From: Marsupella aquatica
Lineage: Eukaryota; Plantae; Marchantiophyta
Direction: 5' to 3'
Length of the DNA stretch: 64,000 bases
Assembly: GCA_973895155.1 (NCBI GenBank)
Contig: OZ316895.1
Coordinates: 13,019,363 to 13,083,362 of the forward strand
Positions within the stretch are counted from its first letter, which is position 1. Each line of letters starts with the position of its first letter. The notes under the pieces are model-generated. The model saw only the letters and a program-made list of their open reading frames with translations, was not told where the DNA came from and did not search any database. This document shows positions 50,301 to 64,000 of this stretch, piece by piece. Made by a program: the position numbers and the translations under genes.

Positions 50301-53300
50301 AGCCATGCCATTATCTTTAATATAGGCTTTCTCTACATGTGCAAAAGCTCGACATGGTATATTACAATAGAAGAGTTTGGTCATCTGTGGTAGAAAACAA
50401 ATAGATATGTTTACACTCTCCCCGGGCTGCAGAAGCCCACTTATAGGCTTGATAACAAAAATCTCACACATACGCTTAGGAACTTGCCATTCAAATTCTG
50501 TGGCAATGGCACTATCACTTGAAAGCGTAATGTACAACGTTGTTCTTGTCCCTACACTTGTTGGCTTGAATCTCATCACACCGTTTTTTTCTAGGACCAA
50601 CTGCAATAAGGCAATCTCCACAAAAGATACCTTCAGAAAATGAACAGCAATTTGCTTTCTTTGGGATGTTCAAATATTTTGATTAAGCTTTGCTGATTAA
50701 AGTATTGGTTAGTCCCCAATCAGTCATTTTACAGCATTGTTTGAATTTCCAAATAAAACAGTCTTTCTGCGTTTTTTTGGATAATATCTTTTCAAAATAA
50801 GAAAAGCCTATTGGTAGTGGTAGATATTGTGGCTTTGGTGATATTTTTCTGCTACTCACTGTTGGTTAGTTTTTCCTAACTTCAGATTGAACCTATTAAT
50901 TTGTCATTCAAGTTCATAGCTTCAAGAACATGATAGAAAATGAATTACATGTACCTTAGGAACGTGGCTACTTCCGTTGAGAACAAATGTAAGGTTGTCA
51001 ATCAATGAATGGTTCAAAACACATTGCACATTGTTTGTGAGTCTTTGTGGCTCCCCTGCGTCGTACCTAAAGGTAATCAGCTGAAACTCGCCTGGTGGAA
51101 TGAGACCTTGCTCAGGCTTTACTACAAACTCTGGCAGAAGATTCCTTGGTTGGAATATGAAACTGCAGATACCAACTTAAATATCAGCGAGATAGATTAA
51201 AATATGACTACAAGTCAATGGAGGGAGTTGTGAAATATTAATCAGACCCAACCTCTGTTCAAGTGAGGACTTTTCAATCCATATTGAAGAAATATGTTGT
51301 GTTCATTTAAACCAGCAGTAGGAACTCTGTACATAACAACGTAGCCCCACTATCTGGTTCTTTATACTTTCATTTTTATGTACATGTCCTAGGAGTGATA
51401 CTAATAATAAAAAAGTACAAACACATAATGACAAACTAAACGTTTTTTGCAAGATCTTCTATTAACACAGTACGACAAAGACTTCGTGTAGTTCAGAATT
51501 GGTGCAGTGCCCATAAGGTTGCTATACAGTCAAGATTACGTATAGTGAGATATTTAAATTGGTGGATTCCCAAATGATATGGTTGCTGTAAAACAAAGAT
51601 TTTGTATGTAATGAGATATTTTCAGACTTGTTGTGTAAGAAAATAATCACACTCAGAAGACAAGGGGTAGACCTACAAATTAAAGGAGGCATCCAGGACC
51701 TTTCCCTAGAGCTCTTAGGTTCTCAAAAAAATACAGGAGGGAAATATAGTTATACTTCTATAATAGCTAAGGTACCAAAGCAAGAATATCATTCACTTGA
51801 TCTCATTCATTCAAAGTAATACTCAACAAGTTAAGATGTTGAGAAGAAAAGGAGAAAAACAAAGTACAGAATGTAGAATACCTCAAGGGCACGGTTATGT
51901 TGTGGTTGCGTAATATAATGGTTTGGTGGACGGAGAATCCTTTCAACACTGGGGGAAAGTTAACCCTGGTTTTTGATACAGAGTACTCAGGTAAGAATTC
52001 TTGACTTTGTGTTTCAAAACTGTGCCCAGCGGCACACACTAACATTGTCCATGGTGGTAGCACGTGATCGATGCTTGGAGTCCAAACAAACAACTGTAAG
52101 AATTGGCAGTAATGGTTGTTGGGTTCTTTGGGCTCAAATATGATACTGAAGGTATAAGATCCTCCCACAGGTATGATTGCTTTATCAGGGACCACATGAA
52201 AAGTGTTTCCTCTCAATTGATGGTCATGTTTTTTGGTTTGTTTTTGACGACCGGGCTTGATCCCTCTAAATTCAGCAGTTTTGGGCTGCTGAGGTGCCAC
52301 CCAAAGAAGAGTGACAGGGGTATGAACATTGTTGTGAACATGAAGAAATTGTGGTTCAGACAACTGAAGGCATTTTCCAAATCCAAAATCAAATACTTCT
52401 TTGTCAACAGTTACAGGTTCCCAATACTCCAGCCGTCCAATGAAATACTCATCCCATATTTCATGATGATACATGTTCTTGTATCCTTCCATGCCACATT
52501 GCCAAGTCTTTGAGAAAACTAGATATCGGGAGTCCAATCGAGCTTTCCTTTGTTGTGGGACTTCTATCTGTCCTGCAGCATTATCATCAAAACTTTGATT
52601 GCCATTTTCCAACCCGCTGAAGTTTTGCTGTTTCCCTGTCCCTTTCTCTAGAAGCTGTTCAGCCAATTCCTTTTGTTGAGCAGATGTTCTGTGCCGTGGT
52701 CCTTGAGCAGTGGACCCTTCCAAAGGATTGAGATAAACGTTTGCAAGATCTGCTGCATTAGGAGCAAATTTATCAGCATGACGTGGATCTGATCCTGGCT
52801 CAAATGTGACCTTCTTATCTACCTGACTAGAGGGAATTGTAGGTGATGTCGGATGAGCAGGTGAGCTAGTCTTGTTCTCAGCCCACTTTGGAGCTTCGAT
52901 CATAGTGTGCCAAGCTCCTGGGTGACTCTCCCATTCTGCACCAGATAACCCTTTCTTTAAAGTTTTTCCAGAAGTGGTTGATGCTTGGAAGTAGGGCCTA
53001 AGGTTGCCCAAGATGGATTGTTTGGATGGGAAGTGAGATTTATCTTGATCAGCTGCCACTTGCACTTCAGCACAAGCTGTCTTCAAAAGCTCTCTATGTT
53101 GGTCCACATGATATTGAAATAGAGTTGGAGATTTGAGAGCCACCTTATAACAGTTCCCTAATAGATCACAGTATAGAGCATGCTGATCTTGAATGATAAC
53201 AATGACTCGTTTGTAGTAATTTGCAATAACCGTTGGTCTGAAGTGGATTGTGATCATAGTTGCTCGATGGGGCCGACACACTGCCCTTGTTTGTAAGAAC

Positions 53301-56300
53301 TCAAATACACTCATGTCATCAGTCATGAACTGGAAATGCACTGGGACAATGGATTGGTTGTCCAACAACACAGAGCGAGATACATAACCACCAGATTCCA
53401 CGCTGCCAAAATCAAGAGAAAAGGTGGAGAGTTTGACAACAGGCCGTGCAGCGGTTCCTGTGCAAGCAAACGAAGCACGACATGTTTGACATGTGTGAAT
53501 CTCAAATTTCTCTACACTGAAGTTGCCTGCAGTTATGGGACTGAAAATCACCTGCAAAACATTCATGAAAAAAGGATTCTACTTACCAAAGACACACTTA
53601 AGGATGGGTAGTTCCTGTTGAACTTTGTAGTTTGGCTATAAGGAAGATGATAGGAAATTAACGGCCTTACAAGGGAAAAGTTCTTGAACTCTCACACAAA
53701 TCAACATCTCATTATCCTTGTATTATCTTAATGATTTACATGTACTGCACTAGAAATGGTGTCATACAATATCATTTTGCTTATATACTCCTTTATACAA
53801 ATTTTGATGTCAAGATGTTATGTAAAAGGTTTTGTAATACAAATGCTAAAAAAAATTTTAATTGGGTTCTGCTCTGAGCTCTTTGGGAACATGGATCCCC
53901 ATAAGGAGCTGTTCCCCCTACCCAAAGAACATTCTATAAACAAGAAAATTTACTCCTTTAATGGCAAAATATTCCACCAACATTATCTTCATCTGCTGGT
54001 ATTTAACATGCTGGTATTTTACATGTGTACCAAGCACTATACACTCCAAGCTAAGTACCTTGAATGTAAGAGACGAATTGGCCTTTATGACACCGTTCAT
54101 TGGAATGATGTTGAAAATGTTGGCATCTGTTTTGCATAGCTTGTTTTCAAGCTTTACAACCTGAAACTTGGCTGGTACAATTGAGATATTTGTTACAACC
54201 AATGTCAACTCCTTTGTTGTACGGACAATTATTTCTCCAAATGCAAGAAGAGGAGTTGGAACAGCCAGAAAGGAGTACTTTCCAATTCCTTTCATTTGCA
54301 GTTTTGCATGAACACCTAGGTATGTACAACATAGGGCCTACATGCAACAACCCCAGCAACAACACTTTCATATGTAAGTGAACCTTCAAACATGATAGCA
54401 AGTCAGAACAAGGGCAACTTTGTCTCCCTTAGATTGTTACTATGCACTGCCAAGTGTGGTAATAAAATCAACCATGAGCTTGCCAAAAGTAAATTTAGAG
54501 TTACATTATTTCCTTAAAAATGCGTCATAGATGACATATGCAGGCTAGAGATTCATAAATACAGTAAGTTGTTTGGAAATATTGCCTAGGATGGGCCATT
54601 ATAGCCCAATTGTAACCTATGCTGGGCAAAATGGGGTTGACTCAGCTGGTTGTGACAGCCAGGAATATTTGTTCCTCTATACATTCATGTTACAACTATG
54701 AAAAATGCAATGAGTAATGGTTTCTGAGCCCCAAATGAAACATTTGAAGCCAGTATGTTGTCAGTGAGTTATTTAGGCTAATTTAGTGTTGCCAACTGAA
54801 CACGACAACATACTTCAGATTGCTGAGGTAGTACTGTAGTAAGCCAGCTCAAATACAACATTCTCAGGATTCTGCTACTTGTTACTTAATGCATACATAT
54901 GCATTTTACCGTAGTTGAGAATGCAGCAGCCTTGGTTGGTTCAAACCTACAATAAACCATCTCACTTTTGCCTCGTTGTATAGAAGAGCGAGTAGGATAA
55001 ATAGAAAAAGGGAGCTCCACACTCCACTCATATGTGACATGGATATCTGAAGTGTTCTTCATGAGAAAGGTCTTCTCAGTCATATCATTTACCGGACCAT
55101 ATTCAAAGTCGATGGATGGAGGAATGCCCAGATTTATTGTGGGAAGCGGACCTTTCAAGTTCAGAACAAATTGGCCCTGCCACAGGTGAACACAACTATG
55201 ATAAATAGAATGTGTCTTTGGAGATGCCCCGTCTAGACCTTTGAACCACCAGCTTAATTTAATCTTGATTTTTTGGGAAACAATTTTCTTTGTAAGAAGA
55301 AAAGAAGAAGATGCTCTTGTTGTCCCTGTATAAGAATGATCAAAGTAAAACAAACAAAAGTGAAAAGGTAGTAAAACCAGAGCTCTAGAAAACCAACCCT
55401 CCATGGACAAATCAAGATTTTTGAATTTAAGCTCTTGGCATGTGAATTTAGTCTAGAGAATTTCTCGGGATTCAAAGGGATGCCTTGATAAATTCCCAGG
55501 AAAGCTTTTAAACACAGCTCATAGACTAGGTATAATCCTGTCTGCCATTCAAATGATTTACACTCAAAATGTGTCTCTTAAAAACATTAAATGTCCAAAG
55601 TACAGTGGCTTCATTTGAAAAAGCATACCCGAAGTGTTCTGAATTGGATAGAGCTTGTGTAGGTTTCAAGACCCGCCGGCCTAAACACAATATTGATGGC
55701 AGCGATCATCATTGGACCTAGCTTGGCATGTGGCTCTTGAAACTGCACCTCAAAGTAGGGTGAAATTGGTGGCTCCCATCTCAAAATCTGTTGGAGACAA
55801 GCAGTTCCATTCAGATCTACTTGTTTCTTAGACCAGGGCCAACTCAAGCAATACACCATGGAATCCTGAAGCTAAACTAGACTTGCTGGGCTGTCAACGG
55901 TCACTTGAGAATATATGATTGGATATGATTGGATATACTGTCAACAAACTTCACAAGAGTGCATTCTGCCAGGGTTGAGTGATCCCTATCGAGTGATCTC
56001 ACATCTATCTAGCAACAGTTTGACAACATCTTATTGTAGCATTGCTTACTCAAAAACTTAAGAGTAAAAACTATAGCATTCCCTGATTACATGGCAATTG
56101 TCATTCTTAAGGCATTAGATCAGTGACTTGCACTAATTTCTTGGAACTGAAGTTTAGTCAAGTCATAGTGAGCATTTACCTGAGTTTTAGTGGCAATATT
56201 TTTTACCACAAATGTTTTCAAATACTCATGTCCGGGATCCCAAGATGTGTAAACAATAGAGTCAACACAATCAAGTTTAAGCTCCACACGCCGCTGATCA

Positions 56301-56329
56301 CGAACTTGGCTCTTTGTGAGGGACTCCAT
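47342..56329 (-). CDS. CFAP65: Cilia- and flagella-associated protein 65 (CCDC108/FAP65 family, multiple ASH/Ig-like domains), 8 coding exons, about 1891 aa
   Basis: Exons 56329-56180, 55787-55629, 55176-54910, 54337-54059, 53551-51882, 51162-50955, 50600-48633 and 48316-47342, GT-AG and phase-consistent (the exon 3/4 junction has an alternative in-phase solution). Repeated ASH-type motifs (DFG..., L.N.S, P..G.I.PG). N-terminal LDCVDSIVYTSWDPGHEYLKTFVVKN and the VDMENWV.PGTPTEEE...LFHVEP.KG motif resemble CFAP65 as recalled. Confidence 0.85.
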
Positions 56330-57946
56330 AGTAGGGGCAACCTTAGAGATGAAGGCAAAACTGCATGAAATCTAATCTATGTCTTGAGTGGTCGCTTTAA
56401 TTGTTGAATTTCTTGAATAAACACTGGTTTTCATATCTTCTTGTTGCCCAAACACTCTCAGATTGCAAACCTGGAAACAAAAAACTGGTACTTCTGACTT
56501 TCACAAGAATATCCAAAAGACACAGAGGAACTATTTTCTCCTATGTGTCAATGAAGATTTGAGCTCCTATGTAAGTGTACCTTAAGGCATGTTCCCTCTC
56601 GATACGGACATTCAAAATAAATAACATACGTTTTCTTTGCACTTTCCTTCTAACATCTATGATAACCTTAGTCCAGGAAGTCCATACACTACAATACCTT
56701 GCTATCAACATCTCCCATGATAGGGCTTACTTTGAGGTAGCACTTTCTTCTCACTCTTTCTGTACAAAGTCTTTTACCTTTGAAATCTTACATGAGAAGT
56801 CTATACATATAGATAATTTTGCTTCAATCCCCACTGCATCCTCACTGTTCTTCCAATTTGTTACAAGCTGAGGTTGATGATCACAAACCTAAATAATTAG
56901 GTTAATCTGTTTGGTCTCATTTCTCTTCACTTAACCAAGGAAGATACCACAATTGCCCTAAATACTTTAGAAATTAGTCTTCTGGAGTGGGCCATACTTC
57001 CATGCTATAATTGATTGCCTCTTTGACAATAGCTGTAGATTGGTTTAAGAGCTGTCTGGAACCCCACATGCCCAATTTACATATATTCTCCTTGCAGAAA
57101 GATGACCCGAATGTGAGATCCAATGAACTCCAAATTTCTTTAAACTAACAACGGTGATTTTAATGTCATAGCTGAAGTGAGGGACCTTGCTCACATAGAT
57201 TGACCTTCCTTGTACCTTAATTTGTCTGATGGTTTCTATCTTCTTTGATGGAGCTGTGGGAGGAAGGTTTTACTACTGACATTAGCCTTGATTTTCCGCA
57301 CAAATGCCTGCTAGTCTTTTGAAGGGACACTCATGCGAACAATATCCATCATGCATAATTTGAAATAATTATGCCTTGGCCTATGCATTAACCCATGGCA
57401 CCAAATGACAGTACTCTGCCTCGAAGAAAAAATGGTAAACAAGAAGGCTCCATACTATGGTACAGCACGGTACTATACCATATGATAAGGGAATTTTACA
57501 CAAAAGAGTGCACGGATGGACCATTGGCATGAACCTTGCAACCTGGATGGACCAGATGACTATTGACCAAAAAATCTGGATTTTTCTACACGGAGAACTG
57601 CTCTCTGAGTATAATAAGGTTTTCTGGCTGTCAATGTGCGTTTGGCTGGTCCTCATATCTTGACGGATGCCTCCCCTATGGCACATGTTTCAAAGGAATT
57701 TGCTACCAATATTCTAATAACTATTTTGAGATGTGAACTGCATAATACATGTTCATACACTAGCCTGACCTCGCGTCCTTTGCACGTAATTAGAGGAGAG
57801 GCCTGAGCTGCCTAGGCTGTGTCTATTCACACCCCCACCCTCAACTAACTCTGGCTGCACTCCCAAAGTCACTGTCTAGAGATTTCACTCTAGCAACAGG
57901 CTGTGAAGAATAAATAGCTTCATATTGCACTTTATCAGTTACTTAG

Positions 57947-58147
57947 ATTCTAGACCATTAGCTGGAGATTCACCAACATCCACTTTTTCATGCATCAGGA
58001 GGTATGCTATAGTTTAATTAAATTCTAGGCCATTAGCTGGAGATTCAAAAACATCCCTTGTCATGCACCAAAAGGTATGCTATAGTTTAAATTATAGACC
58101 AGTAGATGGAGAACCACAAATATCTGTGTTCATGCATAAAGGTGTGC
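57947..58147. repeat. Three tandem copies of about 70-75 bp
   Basis: ATTCTAGACCATTAGCTGGAGATTCA...TCATGCA...AGGTATGCTATAGTTTAA repeated, with the third copy more diverged. Confidence 0.85.
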
Positions 58148-59020
58148 ACCAACTTATTTTTTAAGTGCAAAACTTTGCCACATTCCACCCCCATACTGAG
58201 AAGTATATGTCACGTTTAGCTTTTCAAATAAACTCACCATTAATTTTCATTTCACATTCAAGTGAAACTGTATTGACCACACTTATTGCCATTTTCACTT
58301 CACATTTTCACTTCACACCAGGTAACATTGGCCACTTTGGCATATAAAGAGAAAGCTTAAAAGTTAAGCTAGTATGCAGTCTGCATAAAACAGAAACATG
58401 TGACCACTGCACACACAGCACATGCGCAATCAACCTTGCATTGTTTCCATTGGCTTACACTAGTAGGGACTCTCAAACCTGCTGTTAGTTTGTTTTGCTC
58501 CAGTTACAAATTGCTATCTCTGACCTGGCCCAAACCCATTTTTGGTTGAAATCTAGAGGGTTTCTTGGTCCAGGGTTACAACATGCGTCAGCAGGTCAAC
58601 TTGACATCACAGACTTTTCAATGAGTGCCTTTGATTCTTGAAGGACACCAACACATTTTCACGGAGCAATGTTTGGAGTGGGCACAAGTATGCCAACTCC
58701 CTGAGTTGCTGAGGGCCACGTTTTGTGAGAGCTGCAGACTCTCTCACCCTTTCCCAGCCTAGAGCATCCGGTAAAGGTACATGGTTGTAAAAGTAGTGGT
58801 TGCGACGCTGATTAGAGTAATTCACATACAATGGCAAATGTTTATAGCACAATTATGGAGGTATTTGTTTGACGGCACCCCAAATGGAAAGTGTTGGGTC
58901 CACCCATCCTTAGAGTTCATGTAGAATACATGAAAATTTAAAAATAATAAAATGAAAATAATAGAATGAAATAAAAAATGTTATTTGATAGTACCCAGAG
59001 ATTTTGGGAAGGTTGAATCA

Positions 59021-59100
59021 AGGTCTAACAAGAGTCAATTAATGGTCTGGATCACTCAAGGGGTCTAACAAGTCAATTAATGTTCTGGATGACTCACGGG
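59021..59100. repeat. Two tandem copies of about 40 bp
   Basis: GGTCTAACAAG(A)GTCAATTAATG.TCTGGAT.ACTCA.GGG occurs twice. Confidence 0.8.
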
Positions 59101-61788
59101 TCCTGTCTAGTGACACTTTTAATGACCTGCACAATTGGGCAGTCTCCACGAGTTTCCTGGAATCCTACAAATGAATCGGTATACAATGGGGAAGAGCGAA
59201 CCTGGGCGACCAAGCGAATCCTAGCTTGCATGATTTGGTTCTCGGGAGAAGGGCAGCAATCTATGGGACTGATGAACAAGCTTTTCCAAGGTAGCATTTC
59301 AGCAATTATTGAACATTTCTTTCCCACGTGGAGAAACGCCGTCCAGTTCTTCAAAGCTTGCCAATTTCATACAGGTCCTCTTCACAGTGAAGCTCGATGG
59401 ATGCACCTTTATTTCCTCGATCCATTGTGTGACTGCGTTGCACAGTCGATCCAGCTGGAAGGGCGAATCCAATTCACACAGTGTTGATTGGATTCGTTCG
59501 CTTGTTGCTGCTGGGGAAGCGTGCCCCAACAGGTTTTGTCATTAGCTGCCGCTCAAAGGATCATGATGATCATATTTGTGATTAATGACGTAGAAGTCTA
59601 GCGCGATCACCGGTGAATCTGCTTTGATCAAAAGGTGGAACACTTTGATATTAGAATGATGGTTGTGACTGAGTGAAGCCACCCTGAGTGACTGAGTGAC
59701 TGAGACTCAGGTCATTGATTTGGACGATGGGTCCACGTCCATGTTGTCCAACGGCGGGGAAGATGGTACGCTGTTCTGTAATGAGTGTACCAGCCCTAGA
59801 TCGCAGGAAATTGTTACAGTGATCCGATGCCCACTTTATTACTGTAGCTCCATTGTGTTATATTGAAATCCCCTCCAGCTAGCCAAGGGCGAATTTATCG
59901 TCTAACATGGGGCAGAGCCACAATGCATTACGAACTCTTCGCTCCCTCTTGCTTTGCAAATCGACCCTTTTTGATTGCAGTAAACAAGTAAATACAGAGG
60001 AAGCAGAACGAATGTCCATCAACCACAGCGATGACTGGCAAAATCCTGTTGGGTCCAGCTTGATTATTGAACAATTAAAGTATATGCAGTAACAGGGAGG
60101 ACTGATGTCCAGAGGTTTCATTAACAAGAATGAGCAAAGCAACATCAAAACCAGAACCATGCCATACGATGCTCAAGAACGGGTTACATGATTATGTAGC
60201 CAATCCTGTTCAACTGCCAGTCTGCCATAATTTCACGAGACCACCAACAGCTGGATGATTGTATTGAACAACTTGGTGGAGCTGACCTTCGCCAAGTAGT
60301 TCCTGCCATGCTGTGCGCAACGATTTCCGCGAAGTCAACTATGCAGTTCTCTCTTAGAGAGAGAGAGGGAGAGAGAGAGACGTGATGTTTTGCCAAGTAG
60401 CACCTGGTGAAAGACATAGCCGCCCCAATCTTACATCGTTCATCCTTCTTTCCGCCTTTCTGCATCCGTCGGCCATCAATATGCGTAGGACTTTTCTTCG
60501 TTTGGCCATCATTCATCCTTCTTTCCGCCATTCGGCCTCCGTGGGCCATCATGATTGTTAGTTCAGTCGTTGTATGAAACTCGGAACAATATTTTCTGAG
60601 AATCTGCCCGAGTGATTTGCTTGGTGATCTCAAATAAAAATGTTTTACTTGATAGGACCCGGAATGATCCACATCATTAATTTACCTTGAATAGACCTAC
60701 CTGAACTTTCAAGGGTACTATTAAGTAAAACATTTCCATTTGAGATCCCACCAAGAAAATCTCTCAATCTGCGCAGGACTTAAACGATCTCACAATTTTA
60801 CTGAGATATCGCGCAAGTACATCTGCGTGCGTACGTACCACAATAAAACTGACCCGAGCCACAAGTAAACTGTACGGCAGAGAGTCAAAGACGGAGAGAA
60901 TTATACGTCCGCTCAATTATATTGTATCAGTAGGCAAAAAGTAGATGCTATCGACTCTGACTGTATCGCTTGTTCTTAGTGATTATGCTCTGGCCACCTC
61001 CTTTCTCCCTGGGCGTTCACGAAATCCTGGAAAGCACGTAACTCTTTCTCACCCATCGAGGAGATGGTTCTAATCCGTTGTTTCAGTCATGAATGTATTC
61101 ATTCACTCTAGCCAGGAAAGCCGCCTAGAATGGAAGCAAGTCCTGCAGCTAGCTATCATAGCCTTCTAAAGGCCGTTTCCTTAGAGACAGAAAATCGTCT
61201 CGATAGTGTTCACGCGTCTCCAAAATTCGTCCACTCCGTTGCGTCTGTTACCAACCCAAAAGAACAAAAAGGGCTGAATCTGGATACAAGACCCAATCGT
61301 GAAGAGACGCGGGAAATATGGAATCTCTTCAAAGCAGAGAAAAGAAAAAGTCTATCACTTTTACCTTTTATTCAATAAATCGGATGCATTTGATATGACA
61401 ATGAGACACAAGCCAGAGCTAGTTTCAATATGCTAGCGCTGACAGCAAATTCAAGTCTCGATCTTGAGAGTTTCACTATGTCAAGATTTTGGTGCGTGGA
61501 ATAGGTCGATCTCTCGCTTTTCCTGGTAGAAAAGCAGGCGTCCAGATTGAAGCTCGGTAGGGAATTAACTTAACTCTGACAAGGTCACATGTCCGAGTGT
61601 CCTCTCTATCCTAATGATCAGACTGTCAAAATCGCATCGAAATGGAAAGAAGAGTAAACAACTCATGAATGCACATGCATTACTGCGAATTCCAAAACGG
61701 AAGTTTCGAGCGGTACGATTTTGTAGTTTGTGCCGTGTTTTGAAGTTCGTCTAGTTCGGTAAATCCACCTTGCTCATTCTAGCCTCTT

Positions 61789-61834
61789 AACGAAACGAAA
61801 CGAAACGAATCCAATCCAATCGAATCGAATCGAT
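61789..61834. repeat. Compound pentanucleotide microsatellite (AACGA)n(ATCCA)n(ATCGA)n
   Basis: Visible directly in the sequence. Confidence 0.85.
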
Positions 61835-64000
61835 CATTCTCGAATGCTCTCTCTTGTTGCCTAAATGGAAACAGTCTTATCACTTAAAGGAAAGAGATTA
61901 TCACCTAAATGGAATCTCTCCTATAGCCTACATGAAACTCGCATAAATGGCAATAGACAGGCAGGGAGCATCCAAGAGCCCGGTCCAGAGGGGTTGTAAT
62001 AATTATGTATTCCCAAGGCCTGTTGTAATAAATGAGGTTTCAGGGACCCTATACTGGAAAGGAATTGTCTTCATGTGACCTACGTATTTCTCTTTCCAAT
62101 AGAGAGGGTTTTATGTTGTCGATGCTCCGACAATGGTCCAAACAATTGCAATCGACTCCTTTTCTAAAATGAACCGCCTTGGAGCAAAATCCAAACCCGT
62201 GACTACAGTAGGAGGCTCGAGATCATCCCTTTTAAAACAGGAGGCTAGAGATGCTATCGAAAACCATTAAACCAATATGCTGCTAGAAATGTGTCCTGGT
62301 TCTGCTTCTGAGCAACCATTAAGTCCTAAGACAACAGTAAAGTTAGCCATTCGGATAGCAATCTTGGGAATTGTGCAATCTATCTGAGTGTGAATTATAA
62401 GCAAATAATTGATTGGCAGCAAGTCGTGCTACACTGCTACAGCCCCCATTAGAGTACTCCATATTCGAAACATGGCTCCTAAGACGGCCAGCGAGTTTTT
62501 AGTGAGAGATCAGAGATGCTGAAGGCGATCGATCTTGGGATTCACAATTTGAAGGAAGTTGGAGGAATATGTCGTCCACGACAGTTGAAATAATGCAGAA
62601 CGCGCTCCGAATCTTATATGGTTATATTCAACCCGCTTGCTTTCAGGAACCCTCGGAGTGGTCAATTAGAGCATATCCAAATTATAAGTTCCTGGGTTTG
62701 GCTATCATACGGAATAAATAACCAGTCTTACAACACCTCTTTTTGGTTTACTGCATTTGACTTCTCACACGATTTTAGATTACAATCTTGAAAACCGGGA
62801 AATAACCTGAAAGTCAAAACTGTATATTATTTTTGCCTTCAAAGATCTTTTTGAAAGATCTACATTATTTCTCAAATACAGTTCCAGTGCTTTACACTGA
62901 ATGGGTGACATGACTTCTTGCATTTTACGTATGGTTCATTCAACACCCAAGGGTTGGAGATGCTGTTGTTTAGTGTTAGATTCATTCGTCCTCCTCTAAC
63001 TTTGGTTGGGAATATCCAGGGCAGGTTACTTCCCAAGTTCTATCCACGAATCTCATGTGAGCGTACTATAAAGTCATCAGTCGGGACCGTTAACTTGAAC
63101 CCTGAAGTGATTAGAAACGTTGGCATCACTACTTAATTAAATGATTTGAAGCAAGCTTGTTTAAGGGAATTCCGCAGGTAATCTGTAGCAATTTCACTGT
63201 TCACCCCTCATCCGAGTAGAGTTTAGGTCCAAATTCGAATCGAATCGGATCAATATACGACCTGCTCTCATCACACTCTTCGGTGATCGACTTTCAGTGG
63301 GCCCATCATGCAGCATGCATTGGCCTCAACTTATAATGAGGAGGCTTCGCTTCGACCTAGTGACAGCCCGTGAGCCACAACGTACACAATTACACATGCT
63401 AGTGGGGTAATACTGTAGAGCTTCTGGGCAGCTAGTATCGGGCAGTGGATTGATGAGCTTCTCAGTCTCTGAGGCGAATTTAAATGCCAGAAATAGCACT
63501 TGCCCATGCTGCATGTCATGATTACATGCGAAATAGACCGAAGTCAAAAAGTTACTCTTACAGTTGAAAGAAAGGTTGACAAAAGAAAAACATGACAGAG
63601 ACCTCATCAACCAGCTGAACGGGAAGGTCCCACCTTTCCTTCCTCAAAAACGTTTACTATGTTCATATAATTTGAGGTGAATCTGCCAATGAGACCAAAA
63701 CAGACACTACAATTTAATTGCTTGAATATGTGGCCCTCAAGTGCCGTCAACGCCCACCAACTTCGGATAGTTCCCTGCAACGCCCACTGTAGGCATCTTT
63801 ACTAGATCTGGAAATCACTGTTCTGCTACAGTTTGTTCGAAACGTGGGTGAGAGCCTCCACTACGCCTCTCAATTAAATTCAACGAAACGCCCTTTCAAT
63901 TGAGACGCTAGATCTGAGGCTCCCTACTGTAGATCTCAAGTCAAAACGTAACATCACCGGTGACATTTTAGACATATGGTCACCGGTGAAATTTTAGTTT

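Noticed and set aside
59080-60672. Cluster of 60-160 aa ORFs
   Set aside because: Inconsistent frames and strands with no recognisable homology.
63954-63997. Two TCACCGGTGA palindromes at the window edge
   Set aside because: Probably the start of a repeat cut off by the window end; too little sequence to interpret.

Overview
Eukaryotic nuclear DNA with GT-AG introns and many decayed transposons. It most likely comes from a seed-free land plant with flagellated sperm (bryophyte-like; inferred from plant-type PEX3 and PL4 lyase genes together with the axonemal gene CFAP65). Three spliced genes can be rebuilt exon by exon: PEX3 (+, 5891-9691, 7 exons, 391 aa), a family-4 rhamnogalacturonan lyase (-, 32040-34571, 2 exons, 697 aa) and CFAP65/CCDC108 (-, 47342-56329, 8 exons, about 1891 aa). 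An intronless ORF for an unrecognised single-pass membrane protein lies at 14581-15660. Mobile DNA: an internally deleted Ty1/copia element with both LTRs and a TSD, a 5'-truncated frameshifted L1-like LINE, a PIF/Harbinger (Tourist-like) MITE and a Mutator-like MITE, plus many local tandem repeats. The most unusual feature is a roughly 870-nt GC/CpG-rich island (38410-39282) with no recognisable protein. By eye it folds on the + strand into a dense set of nested multibranch helices with G-U pairs, tetraloops and repeated linker motifs, so it is a candidate large structured RNA of unknown class. All calls were made by eye, without database searches or folding software.
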